From Candidatus Bilamarchaeaceae archaeon (GTDB taxonomy: Archaea; Micrarchaeota; Micrarchaeia; Anstonellales; Bilamarchaeaceae): a stretch of DNA of 64,000 bases. A program made the position numbers and the translations under genes. The DNA lies in assembly GCA_038870635.1 (NCBI GenBank), contig JAVZJR010000004.1, forward strand, positions 21,025-85,024, read 5' to 3'. This document shows positions 10,117 through 19,186 of the stretch, in pieces. The notes beneath the pieces are model-generated. The model was not told where the DNA came from. It searched no databases and was given only the letters and a program-made list of their open reading frames with translations. Every line of letters begins with the position of its first letter. Position 1 is the first letter of the stretch.

Positions 10117-11328
10117 TTACCTATTTTTATACCTTAAAAATGCTCCTATGCCTAAAAATCCGTGAAGAAACTGTGCCCCTTCTGCAGTATTTGTTGATAT
10201 TATCTCAACTGGTATTTGTTGTTCTCGTGCAAGAGCCTCCAAATCATCAATAAGATCCTTAACATCAACTAATTTTCCTTCTCCTCCGCACGAGCATTTT
10301 GTGTTTTCAGCTGGTTTATCTCTTGTGATTACTCTGATTTCTTGATTACAAGAGCTGCATTTATAGTTAGCTATTTTATAATCCAATCCTTCTGAAAGCA
10401 AAACTCTTTCTGCTTGTTTCGTTATTATTGCTTCTCGTACTTCTTTTTCACCATAAGTTGCAAGCCCATCACTTACGACTTCTTTTATGAATTGTGTCAC
10501 AATGTTTTTTTCTCTTACTGTTTCTTGTTGAGCAAGTAACTGCTCGCTTTTTGCTATGACTTCTTGTACGCCATATTCGTCCGTATATCCAGTATCTACA
10601 ACTCCTATTATTTTTATTTGATAATTAAACGGCTTCTCACGTAAAAAATTTTCTTTTACCGGACCCGGACCGCCTACAATAACACCTTTTACTTTATCTA
10701 AGAAGTGCGTATCCATTTTTTCTCCAACATGTTTATAATAATACTCTATACTCTCTTCGCGCAATCGTTCAAACCTTCTGGCACTCTGCCCTCCTTTTCT
10801 TACTTTTGCGTGCGCCATGGACGTAACGCGATCAACTATTTTCACTTCTGTTCCTTTCATAATCGCGAGTGTGGCCTCTCTTCCATCCATAACCACAATG
10901 CCATAAGAATCCTTTGAACCAAGCATTCTTTGAAGTGGTTCTAAGAAAAACCGACTATCGCATCTATATATGCCTACTTTTAGTGGTTCTGGTGGCTCTA
11001 ACGAAAAAAGTTGAATGTCAACTTTAGCAGGATTATCGGAAACATTCCCTGCAAATACTGCAAGACCATTTTGCGGTGTTTGTTTAAATATTTTTAAATG
11101 GCCGATTATTCTTTCAAGCGCACCTATTACATTTGTTCTCGTAGTTTTTGACTTAATATTACTAGCTTGACTCATTTCTTGTCTCAGTTTATTTCCCATA
11201 TCATGTATTGGCGAACCTGCCGGAATATATACTGATATAAGTTCAGTGCCGTTTCCTGAGTATGAAGAAAGTTGCTTTATCCATTTTTTCAACTGATAAG
11301 TTTTTTCGCTTTCTGTTTCTTCGCCCAT
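10117..11328 (-). CDS. prf1: Peptide chain release factor aRF1
   Basis: Contains the NIKS motif (SNIKSKTTR) and the GGQ motif (KGGQSARRF). The C-terminal domain carries a CxxC...CxC insert. Confidence 0.92.
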   Translation of the reverse strand: MGEETESEKTYQLKKWIKQLSSYSGNGTELISVYIPAGSPIHDMGNKLRQEMSQASNIKSKTTRTNVIGALERIIGHLKIFKQTPQNGLAVFAGNVSDNPAKVDIQLFSLEPPEPLKVGIYRCDSRFFLEPLQRMLGSKDSYGIVVMDGREATLAIMKGTEVKIVDRVTSMAHAKVRKGGQSARRFERLREESIEYYYKHVGEKMDTHFLDKVKGVIVGGPGPVKENFLREKPFNYQIKIIGVVDTGYTDEYGVQEVIAKSEQLLAQQETVREKNIVTQFIKEVVSDGLATYGEKEVREAIITKQAERVLLSEGLDYKIANYKCSSCNQEIRVITRDKPAENTKCSCGGEGKLVDVKDLIDDLEALAREQQIPVEIISTNTAEGAQFLHGFLGIGAFLRYKNR

Positions 11329-11346
11329 GTTTTAAAACCTCAGCAT

Positions 11347-11898
11347 TTAAGAAAGTATTTCTACTCTTCCGTCTTCAAAGTAATATTTCATAACAACTAT
11401 TTTTAGCTTTCCTTCATCAACTAATTTTTTTACAATTTTGCTTTTTTTCATTATACAGTTTACTACTCCTTTTGCATTTTCAACAGAAGCGTTTTCTACC
11501 TCATTTTGATTAGTATGCTTTTTTATTTCATCTACGATGTCTTTTATATGTCCTTCACAATGTCCACCGCCGCATGCCGCAGTAACCGCACCGCATTTTT
11601 CATGCGCTAAGATAATAAGTAGGGGGGTGTGGAGGTGCTCTACACCGTATTCTATAGTACCAAGACATACATTATCCACTACATTACCTGCTGTTCTTAT
11701 TACAAATATTTCACCTAAGTTTCTGTTAAATATAAATTCTGGGACTACCCTAGAATCACTGCAGGAAACTATTGTCGCAAATGGCTTTTGGCCTTGCTTA
11801 GATGCTTCGCGTGCAGCCCCAACATCAAAACAGACTTTTCCATTCCTATAAACTTTGTTTCCTTCTAAAAGCTTGTTTAGAGCTTCGTCAGCGTTCAT
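11347..11898 (-). CDS. Beta-class carbonic anhydrase
   Basis: Contains the zinc-ligand motifs CSDSRV and HEKCGAV. Confidence 0.85.
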   Translation of the reverse strand: MNADEALNKLLEGNKVYRNGKVCFDVGAAREASKQGQKPFATIVSCSDSRVVPEFIFNRNLGEIFVIRTAGNVVDNVCLGTIEYGVEHLHTPLLIILAHEKCGAVTAACGGGHCEGHIKDIVDEIKKHTNQNEVENASVENAKGVVNCIMKKSKIVKKLVDEGKLKIVVMKYYFEDGRVEILS

Positions 11899-11971
11899 AC
11901 ACTCTCCTCTTTTTTGCTTTTGTTAGTTTAATTATAGAGAAGTTTTAAATTTATAACTATGAAAGAAATCT

Positions 11972-12871
11972 ATGACAAACTTTCAGAGCAGTGTAAATAA
12001 ATCTGAACTAATGGCATCTTATTCAAAACATCCTCCGTACAATTTTAGTTCTTTAGAAAATGAAGTGGAGCGGTCTTTTGAAAAATTATTAACTTATATA
12101 AAAAATAAGAAAATAATAACTAGTTCGTTATCAACTTTTATAAATAAAGCATTGGTTTTCTCAATAATAACAAATGAAATAAGCAGAGAGAAAAAAAAGG
12201 GTGATACTCCACAAAGCGCTGCAATGAGGTCAATAAAGTCTTTCAAGAAATTTTTGGCAACTAATGGAAACATAATGCCAATAGGTTCAAGAGATCAATA
12301 CCTAAGCATCGGTCCCTTTCAATTTAAAAAGGAGATATATGAAAAAATAGCTGCTAAATATGGAGGTGTGATAGAACCAAAGTTTGAAAATGCAAAGTTA
12401 AGCGACCACATAATTGCTTTCTATCTTCTTGCATCTGATAATCTGAAAATTTTTGAGAGATTATTTTTATCAAAAAGTAAGAAACTCACCAAAATGCTTG
12501 AGAAAGCAGATCAAAAGTCTAAACAAAGATTTATAGTTGTTTTAATTTCTTCCATGCATAACGCAGGATATGATAATATCTTGAAAGTTTTAGGAGAGGG
12601 TTTAGGGGACGTGCAAAAATATAAAGTGAGTACCTATCCTGACAGAAAACCACATCCGAATGGATATTGGGATATAGACATTAAAAGTATAAATGATAAG
12701 ACGCTTGATCTAGTAGTGAGCAAAATGATACATCATTCACGATTACAAAAAGCAGGTAGTATCACCGCCCCTTATATGGAGATGCTAGATGCTCTCTACG
12801 AGAAGTATACAGAGATATTTAAAGGTCGAAATACTTTTGTAGGTGCATTATTAATTAAAAGAAATAAGTAG
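11972..12871 (+). CDS. Hypothetical protein
   Basis: 299-aa ORF with no signal peptide. Only weak lysozyme-like motif echoes; see rejected list. Confidence 0.45.
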   Translation: MTNFQSSVNKSELMASYSKHPPYNFSSLENEVERSFEKLLTYIKNKKIITSSLSTFINKALVFSIITNEISREKKKGDTPQSAAMRSIKSFKKFLATNGNIMPIGSRDQYLSIGPFQFKKEIYEKIAAKYGGVIEPKFENAKLSDHIIAFYLLASDNLKIFERLFLSKSKKLTKMLEKADQKSKQRFIVVLISSMHNAGYDNILKVLGEGLGDVQKYKVSTYPDRKPHPNGYWDIDIKSINDKTLDLVVSKMIHHSRLQKAGSITAPYMEMLDALYEKYTEIFKGRNTFVGALLIKRNK

Positions 12872-12883
12872 TGTGTGGTTTTT

Positions 12884-13264
12884 ATGAAAACTTATGCAAA
12901 GGGTAGTCGCGCAGAAAGGGAACTCATAATTTTTTTTTCATCTAATGGTTTCTCAGTAATCCGCGCTGCCGGTAGTGGTGTTTCTTCCCTTTGCCCAGAC
13001 CTTCTTGCTTTTCGAAGGGGAATTCATTATGCTTTTGAATCAAAAGCAGTTGAAAGTGACTACCTTAGTATAGATAAAGAGCAGTTTCTCAATCATAAAA
13101 AGTGGGAGGATAATACGGGCATAACAACTTATATCGCTTGGAGAAGAAATCGCGAGGATTGGATTTTTCTTCCACTTTGTATTTTTGATGAAAATGAAAA
13201 ATCATTCTCAATATCTTGGGAAAAAGCGAAGATGATTGGTAAGAAAAAAGAAGAATTGGTTTAG
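12884..13264 (+). CDS. hjc: Holliday junction resolvase Hjc
   Basis: Shows the pattern KGSRAERELIIFF..GFSVIRAAGSG...PDLLAF...ESKA, typical of archaeal Hjc. The ATG at 12884 is preferred to the GTG at 12875. Confidence 0.85.
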   Translation: MKTYAKGSRAERELIIFFSSNGFSVIRAAGSGVSSLCPDLLAFRRGIHYAFESKAVESDYLSIDKEQFLNHKKWEDNTGITTYIAWRRNREDWIFLPLCIFDENEKSFSISWEKAKMIGKKKEELV

Positions 13265-14542
13265 GTGATTTTCTTGACAGAATTAAAAAGAGCACTTGGT
13301 CTTTTAGAAGTGACGCTTGCAGGGGTGGGCATAATTTTAGGTGCTGGGATATATGCTCTTATAGGAAAGGCAGCCGGCTTGGCAGGAAATGGCATTTGGA
13401 TGTCCTTTTTAATAGGTGCTATAGTTGCCGCTCTTTCTGGTTTAACATATGCTGAACTTTCTTCGATTTTTCCAAAGGCAGGAGCAGAATACGAGTATAC
13501 AAGAAACGCTTTTGGAAAAAGGCTTGCTTTTATAGTTGGATGGTTAATAACTTTTAGTGGTATTGTTTCTGCCACCACCGTGGCACTTGGTTTTGCTGGT
13601 TATTTCAGTGCAATGTTTGGCACGCCTATTCTTTTAGCAGGCATAGTATTGATTTTATTGCTTGGCGCGGTTATGTTATATGGTGTAAAAGAATCTGCAT
13701 GGCTTGCTAACATAGGTACCTTAGTTGAAGCAAGCGGTTTACTCCTAATAATAATTTTTGCCATTCCTTTTTTTGGAAAAGTGGATTATTTTTCTATTCC
13801 ATCTCCAGAGGGTGTTTTTTCGGCTGCAGCCTTAATATTTTTTGCTTATATCGGTTTTGGGGAAATAACCAGAATGGCAGAAGAAACAAAAAATCCAACT
13901 AAAGATATCCCTATCGGTCTTTTATTAGCTATAGCAATAACTACAGTGTTGTATATTTTAGTTGGTCTTGCCTCTATAAGCGTTGTGCCTGCTGAAAAAC
14001 TTGCAGTATCGCATTCTCCTCTTGCAGATGTTATTTCAGTGACAATAGGAAAGGAGGCATTTTTTTGGTTTAGTATAATCGCACTTTTTGCTACAGGTAA
14101 TACTGTTCTTCTCGTTATGATGGCAACTTCTCGTTTGATTTATGGTATGGCTTCGACAGGTGCATTCCCAAAATTTTTAGCAGTAGTTCATTCTACACGC
14201 CAAACCCCATGGATGGCGATTATATTTAGTGTTATGTTATCAATTTTGTTCTTCTTTGTTGGTGGAATAGAAAAAGTGGCTGCTATTTCTAATTTAACCG
14301 TCTATATAACTTTTATAGCGATAAATCTCGCCCTTATCAAACTAAGATACAGTGCACCTGATCTTCCACGACCTTTTAAAGTTCCCTTTAGTATTGGCAA
14401 GATGCCTGTTTTGCCTCTTCTCTCTATTGGTTCTTGCTTGTTTATGATTGCTAATGTTGAGGTAGATGCATTGATTTACGGTTTAGGGCTGACAGTGTTG
14501 GGAATTGTTGTTTTGTTACTATTAAAAATAGATGAAAAATAA
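13265..14542 (+). CDS. APC-family amino acid permease
   Basis: About 12 TM helices and an N-terminal GAGIYALIG motif. The true start may be the TTG at 13274, after the SD AGGTGAT. Confidence 0.85.
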   Translation: MIFLTELKRALGLLEVTLAGVGIILGAGIYALIGKAAGLAGNGIWMSFLIGAIVAALSGLTYAELSSIFPKAGAEYEYTRNAFGKRLAFIVGWLITFSGIVSATTVALGFAGYFSAMFGTPILLAGIVLILLLGAVMLYGVKESAWLANIGTLVEASGLLLIIIFAIPFFGKVDYFSIPSPEGVFSAAALIFFAYIGFGEITRMAEETKNPTKDIPIGLLLAIAITTVLYILVGLASISVVPAEKLAVSHSPLADVISVTIGKEAFFWFSIIALFATGNTVLLVMMATSRLIYGMASTGAFPKFLAVVHSTRQTPWMAIIFSVMLSILFFFVGGIEKVAAISNLTVYITFIAINLALIKLRYSAPDLPRPFKVPFSIGKMPVLPLLSIGSCLFMIANVEVDALIYGLGLTVLGIVVLLLLKIDEK

Positions 14543-14546
14543 AAAA

Positions 14547-15143
14547 TTAGTAAGTTTCGCACTTTATCATATAATAACTTCTATCGTGGTCGCACGATGG
14601 ACATTTTTCTGGCGGTGTTGGCCCTTCATGTACATACCCACACTTCATGCAGACCCATTGTACTTTTTCTGATTTTTTAAAGACAGTTCCGTTTTTCACT
14701 TGCTCTATAAGTTTGAGATATCTTTCTTCATGATGTCCCTCTGCTATCGCTATTGCTCTTAATCTTTTTGCAACATCTGGAAAACCTTCTTTTTGTGCAA
14801 TATCTGCAAATTGAGGATACATTTTTGTGCGCTCATAATTTTCACCTGCAATTGCTGCAGCGAGATTCTCTACTGTTTTTCCTATAACGTGAGGTACTGG
14901 TGCATTGGTTACTAAAATATCTTTTTCCATTTTTACTCCTGCTTTTTCTGCCACCATATTAAGCATTTTCATATTCCACTCTGCATGTTCTAATTCGTTT
15001 TCTGCTGTTAAAAGGAATAGTTCGCTTATTTGCTGGTACCCTTCTTTACGGGCAATGCTTGCATACATAGTGTATCTATTTCTGGCCATGCTTTCTCCTA
15101 TGAAAGCTGCCGCCAAATTCTCTAATGTTTTATAATCTGACAT
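14547..15143 (-). CDS. Rubrerythrin
   Basis: Has the ferritin-like diiron ExxH pairs (ENELEHAEW, AEGHHEERY) and a C-terminal rubredoxin-like CMKCG...CPSC. Confidence 0.9.
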   Translation of the reverse strand: MSDYKTLENLAAAFIGESMARNRYTMYASIARKEGYQQISELFLLTAENELEHAEWNMKMLNMVAEKAGVKMEKDILVTNAPVPHVIGKTVENLAAAIAGENYERTKMYPQFADIAQKEGFPDVAKRLRAIAIAEGHHEERYLKLIEQVKNGTVFKKSEKVQWVCMKCGYVHEGPTPPEKCPSCDHDRSYYMIKCETY

Positions 15144-15326
15144 AAAACCACCTCTATAATATTTACTGTTTCTTTTTAAAATATTTGTATGTTTAGAAGT
15201 GATTTAAAGAGTTAAAATACGAATATTTAAAAAAACGATGTTCAATTATATTATGGTTCAGAAAATTGAATACAGCAGAATTAAAAACAAAAATCCTCTA
15301 AATAAATCTTTAAAAAATAATTTTCA

Positions 15327-16985
15327 CTAACCTATTGTTCTAACTAGTTCCGTCTCTTTTTCGCTAAGTTCAATAAAATACTCATCCCTCAATATAATTA
15401 ATGCGTTTATTATATCCCGTGTACAATTTGGTCCTTTTTTACCTAACCAACCAATTAAATTTTGTTTTATCTCTTCTGCTTCTTTTTTTTCTAATCTAAC
15501 ACGGCAGAATATAAGACCACATGCACATCTAGCATAATATTTATCATTTTTATTTATTTTTTCCATTACTTTTTTGAATATCTTTATCGCTTCTTCTTTA
15601 TTACCTGAGTCTTTTAGTGCGTATCCTTTTATTAGCAGTGTTTTAATATACGTGTCGTCCCATTCTTTTTTGCTCTCTCTTTTTCTTTTTATTATCATAT
15701 CGCTTATATCAATAACAGTTTGGTAATCTTTTTTCTTTCTTAGGGCTTCAAGGAGGCGAGCGACTACTTCATCATTGCATTTTATATTGTCGTCTTGTGC
15801 ATCTAAAATGAAATTTATCACTTTATCGTACTCTTTATTATTATAATAAATATTTGTCATTGCAATATAAATATGAGGATTGTTAAATTCTTTTTTAGCA
15901 TCTTCAAAAACTTTTTCTGCTTGGTTAATTTCTTTTATTTTACCATAAAAATTTATTAGCGTGATGTACGCTTTTTCATCTTTTTTTTGCATTGCTAGAA
16001 TTTCTTCAGCTATTTTCTTTGCTTCTTCTATTTTGTCATTTTTTTCGTAAAGCATAACCATCAATGTGTGGTCAACTATGTCAGCTTTGCCATTTTCTTT
16101 CATTTCTTTGAATATTTCTTCAGCTTTCTTTATGTTTTTTTGATTATACGCTAATTTTAATAGCCCTTTATGAGTACATTCCCCTATACCACTTTTTTTT
16201 AATCTTTCAAGAATTTCGATAGCTTCCTCGCACATATTATTTTTTATGTACGCTTCGGCCATTGTTGTGTATATTTTTTCATCGCCTTTATATGCTGCAC
16301 CAGCGAAAAAAACTCTTGTTGCGTCCACTATTCGTCCCTCTTTTCCATAAAGTTCTATCAATTTTGTATCTATATTTTTGTCATTTTTTTTATCCTCTAC
16401 TGCCATTTCTAGTATTGAAATGGCCTTCTCTCTTCTCCCATTTTTTTCTTCATATTGTGAGAGAATAGTGTATATTTTTGGGCTAATCAAATTTTTCTTT
16501 CGTGCTTCAGAGAATATTTCATAAGCTTTTTCTATTTCGTCATTCTTTATGTATGCTATAATCAGTGTACTATAAACAATAGAAATCTCTTTTATTGTGG
16601 TAGCGTAATCGAATATTACTCTTGCTGCCGCTGTTTTTCCTCTCATTCCATATATTTTTATAAGATTTACAAGTAAATGGATGTTGAGGGGATTTTCTTC
16701 TATGCCTTCCCATAATAATTTTTCAGCATCTTCATAGCAATTTTGTTTAATGAGTTCCGTGACGTTTTTTACAATACTCTTTGTTTTTTCTTTTTTTTCT
16801 ATTATTTCATTTTCGCTTTTTATTACTTCCTCTCTTATTTTTTGCGGCAGCGCGTCCTTGTTTGTGTAAATTTTTTCGATTAGTTCATTTCTTCTTTTAA
16901 TTACCATTACTCGCGAACTATCGTTAGACAAATTCATTTTTTTAGAATCAGAATTATTCTCACGTAGAATACTATCGCACCCCAT
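15327..16985 (-). CDS. Helical-repeat protein, PPR/TPR-like
   Basis: At least 9 tandem 31-36-aa repeats with the pattern Y..LI..Y.K.g....A..iF..... Confidence 0.7.
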   Translation of the reverse strand: MGCDSILRENNSDSKKMNLSNDSSRVMVIKRRNELIEKIYTNKDALPQKIREEVIKSENEIIEKKEKTKSIVKNVTELIKQNCYEDAEKLLWEGIEENPLNIHLLVNLIKIYGMRGKTAAARVIFDYATTIKEISIVYSTLIIAYIKNDEIEKAYEIFSEARKKNLISPKIYTILSQYEEKNGRREKAISILEMAVEDKKNDKNIDTKLIELYGKEGRIVDATRVFFAGAAYKGDEKIYTTMAEAYIKNNMCEEAIEILERLKKSGIGECTHKGLLKLAYNQKNIKKAEEIFKEMKENGKADIVDHTLMVMLYEKNDKIEEAKKIAEEILAMQKKDEKAYITLINFYGKIKEINQAEKVFEDAKKEFNNPHIYIAMTNIYYNNKEYDKVINFILDAQDDNIKCNDEVVARLLEALRKKKDYQTVIDISDMIIKRKRESKKEWDDTYIKTLLIKGYALKDSGNKEEAIKIFKKVMEKINKNDKYYARCACGLIFCRVRLEKKEAEEIKQNLIGWLGKKGPNCTRDIINALIILRDEYFIELSEKETELVRTIG

Positions 16986-17043
16986 ATAATTTTACTTATT
17001 ACAACTAAAAATGTTTTTAAATGTTTATTTTATATATTCACTC

Positions 17044-17289
17044 ATGAAATTGTACTCTGTTTTATTTTTGGTTTTAGGTTTGCTTGTTTCTGTAGTAGTG
17101 GCGGAAAGTTGCGTTTCGAGTAGTGATTGCCCTGATGGTTCATACTGCTCCTATGGATACTGTGTTCCTTACTCGAGTAGCGGTTATGGGGATTATTACG
17201 ACAGCAGTTCAAACACCACTTGCTGCTGTGGTGCTGCTTTAATATTACTTGGCCTCGTTGGAGCAATTTTTTATAACGCAAAAAGATAA
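17044..17289 (+). CDS. Small secreted Cys-rich protein with a C-terminal CCCG-TM-basic tail
   Basis: Signal peptide MKLYSVLFLVLGLLVSVVVAES, Cys knot-like CVSSSDCPDGSYCSYGYC, a Ser/Tyr-rich linker, then CCCGAALILLGLVGAIFYNAKR. Confidence 0.5.
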   Translation: MKLYSVLFLVLGLLVSVVVAESCVSSSDCPDGSYCSYGYCVPYSSSGYGDYYDSSSNTTCCCGAALILLGLVGAIFYNAKR

Positions 17290-17918
17290 TGATGCAGCTC
17301 AAAAAAATTCTTCAAAAACTTAAACGGTCAGCGGTAGCTAAAATTGTAAAGCGGCGCATCCGCTCTTTTAAAAATTTTAGAAAAAAAAGCGAGAAAGAAA
17401 TTTTCAAGGAATTGTGCTTCTGCATTCTCACGGCTAATTACAATGCTAAAGGAGCAATCAGAATACAGAAAAAAATTGATGATGGTTTTATACTTCTAAC
17501 ACAAAAAAAACTTGCAAGTGCTTTGAGAAAGTTGGGCCATCGTTTTCCAAATACCCGCGCTGCTTATATTTGTGAGAATAGAAAATATCTCTCTTGTTTG
17601 AAATCTATATTTAATTTTAATGATGGTAAAAGCGCACGCGAGTGGCTTGTTAAAAACATTAAGGGGCTGGGTTATAAAGAAGCAAGTCATTTCTTACGAA
17701 ACATAGGTTTTGATGATGTTGCCATAATTGATTTTCATATAATTGATGTACTCTCGCGTTATAAAATGATAAAAAAACCTACATCTAAATCACTCTCAAA
17801 AAAAACCTATTACGACATAGAAAAAAAAGTAGAAGAGCTGGCCAAAGAAACTAATGTTCCTCTTTCTGAGCTTGACTTGTACCTGTGGTATTTGGAAACT
17901 GATAAAATTTTTAAATAA
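17289..17918 (+). CDS. ogg: N-glycosylase/DNA lyase (archaeal Ogg-type, HhH-GPD)
   Basis: Shows ELCFCILTAN and the HhH motif KGLGYKEASHFLRNIGFDDVAIIDFHI. Confidence 0.8.
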   Translation: MMQLKKILQKLKRSAVAKIVKRRIRSFKNFRKKSEKEIFKELCFCILTANYNAKGAIRIQKKIDDGFILLTQKKLASALRKLGHRFPNTRAAYICENRKYLSCLKSIFNFNDGKSAREWLVKNIKGLGYKEASHFLRNIGFDDVAIIDFHIIDVLSRYKMIKKPTSKSLSKKTYYDIEKKVEELAKETNVPLSELDLYLWYLETDKIFK

Positions 17919-17920
17919 AA

Positions 17921-18030
17921 AGCTGGGTAAGGGAATCGAACCCCTCTCTACCGCTCTCAGCAAATCATTGGCTTTTAGCCTCAGAAGAGCGATACTGCAG
18001 GCGGCCGCATAACCGATCTGCCAACCCAGC
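17921..18030 (-). tRNA. tRNA-Cys(GCA) with a 39-nt intron at the canonical 37/38 position
   Basis: Hand fold: acceptor GCUGGGU/ACCCAGC, discriminator U73, D arm GCAG-AUCGGUU-AUGC, anticodon stem GCCGC/GCGGU, loop CUGCAG^A, T arm AGGGG-UUCGAUU-CCCUU. No encoded CCA. Confidence 0.85.
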
Positions 18031-18088
18031 AAAAAGTATATCTAATAATATATTTACAATTAAAAATATTGCTGTTGCTTTTATTTTT

Positions 18089-19186
18089 ATGGTTAAAACC
18101 GGGAGCATCGATCTTCCTCTTCACTTCTGTAAATGCCCCAGATGGCTTTTCAAAAGAATGAAAGAACTTAGCGGGGAGATAATTTTTGCTATAATTGATG
18201 AGTATGGAACAAAAGAACTATTGTTTCGCCTTTCCAATCCATTATTTTTTCAGGCTCTTGGTTGTGTTTTGGGTTTTGATTGGCACTCGAGTGGTTTAAC
18301 AACTACTGTAAGCGCTGCACTAAAAGAAGGCAGTGGTAATGAAAGTGGGATTGCTTTTTGTGGTGGAAAAGGAAAAACATCTCGCAAAACGCCCGAAGAG
18401 ATAGAATTTAAGGCAAATGAGTTTGGTTTTTCTGATAAAAAAATTGAAACTCTGATTAAGGCTACACGATTGAGCGCAAAAGTAGATAATTCGTGCATCC
18501 AAGATGGTTACCAACTTTACCATCATCTATTTGTTTTTGATGAAGATGGCAATTGGGCTGTTATTCAACAAGGACTTAATGAAGATAGTGGGTATGCCAG
18601 GAGATATCATTGGTTTAACTCAGATTCTTTTGTTGATTCTCCTAAAGAGAGCATCATCGGAATAAAAAAACATAATGTCCTCAATTTAGTTAGTGGCAAA
18701 TCTAGAGAGGTAAGAAAGACAAGTGTTGACATCGTGAAAGATAATCCAGTCCATTTAAAGAACGAATTAAATTCTCAACAAACTCTTTTTGGGCATTTTG
18801 TTATGCCACAAAGACATGAAATACTTTCTCTTGATATCAATGAGCGCGATTGGAAAATACTCCATGAGATTTATGAACTGCAACCAAAAGATTACGAAGA
18901 ATTGGTTTCTTTGAAAGGAGTTGGGGGCAAGACACTTCGTTCTTTAGCGCTTCTTTCAAAGATAATTTATGGGTGCGAGGCAGATTGGGAAGACCCTATT
19001 AAATATTCTTTTGCGCATGGTGGTAAAGATGGTATTCCTTATCCAGTGGATAAAAAAAATTATGATAGTTCGATAGAGTTTCTAAGAAATTTAATAGAAG
19101 AAAGAAAAATAGGCGGAGAGAGGTATAAAGAAACATTGCGCCGTTTAGCAACTTTTTTTGATTTTTCTTATTTTATTATCTTGTGA
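18089..19186 (+). CDS. DUF763-family protein
   Basis: The N-terminus (DLPLH..KCPRWLFKRM...FQALGCVLGFDWHSSGLTTT) matches my recollection of DUF763. Has an HhH-like VSLKGVGGKTLRSL. Confidence 0.75.
   Translation: MVKTGSIDLPLHFCKCPRWLFKRMKELSGEIIFAIIDEYGTKELLFRLSNPLFFQALGCVLGFDWHSSGLTTTVSAALKEGSGNESGIAFCGGKGKTSRKTPEEIEFKANEFGFSDKKIETLIKATRLSAKVDNSCIQDGYQLYHHLFVFDEDGNWAVIQQGLNEDSGYARRYHWFNSDSFVDSPKESIIGIKKHNVLNLVSGKSREVRKTSVDIVKDNPVHLKNELNSQQTLFGHFVMPQRHEILSLDINERDWKILHEIYELQPKDYEELVSLKGVGGKTLRSLALLSKIIYGCEADWEDPIKYSFAHGGKDGIPYPVDKKNYDSSIEFLRNLIEERKIGGERYKETLRRLATFFDFSYFIIL

Noticed and set aside
11972-12871. Possible lysozyme-like (SLT) motifs in the 299-aa hypothetical protein (NEIS, IGPFQF, MHNAGYDNI)
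   Set aside because: These are only three short, imperfect motif echoes with unusual spacing, and there is no signal peptide. That is not enough to call; it would need a profile search.
15234-15326. 30-aa ORF (MFNYIMVQKIEYSRIKNKNPLNKSLKNNFH) in the 183-nt rubrerythrin/repeat-protein spacer
   Set aside because: It lies in an AT-rich intergenic region, with no SD, no motif and a composition matching the non-coding background.
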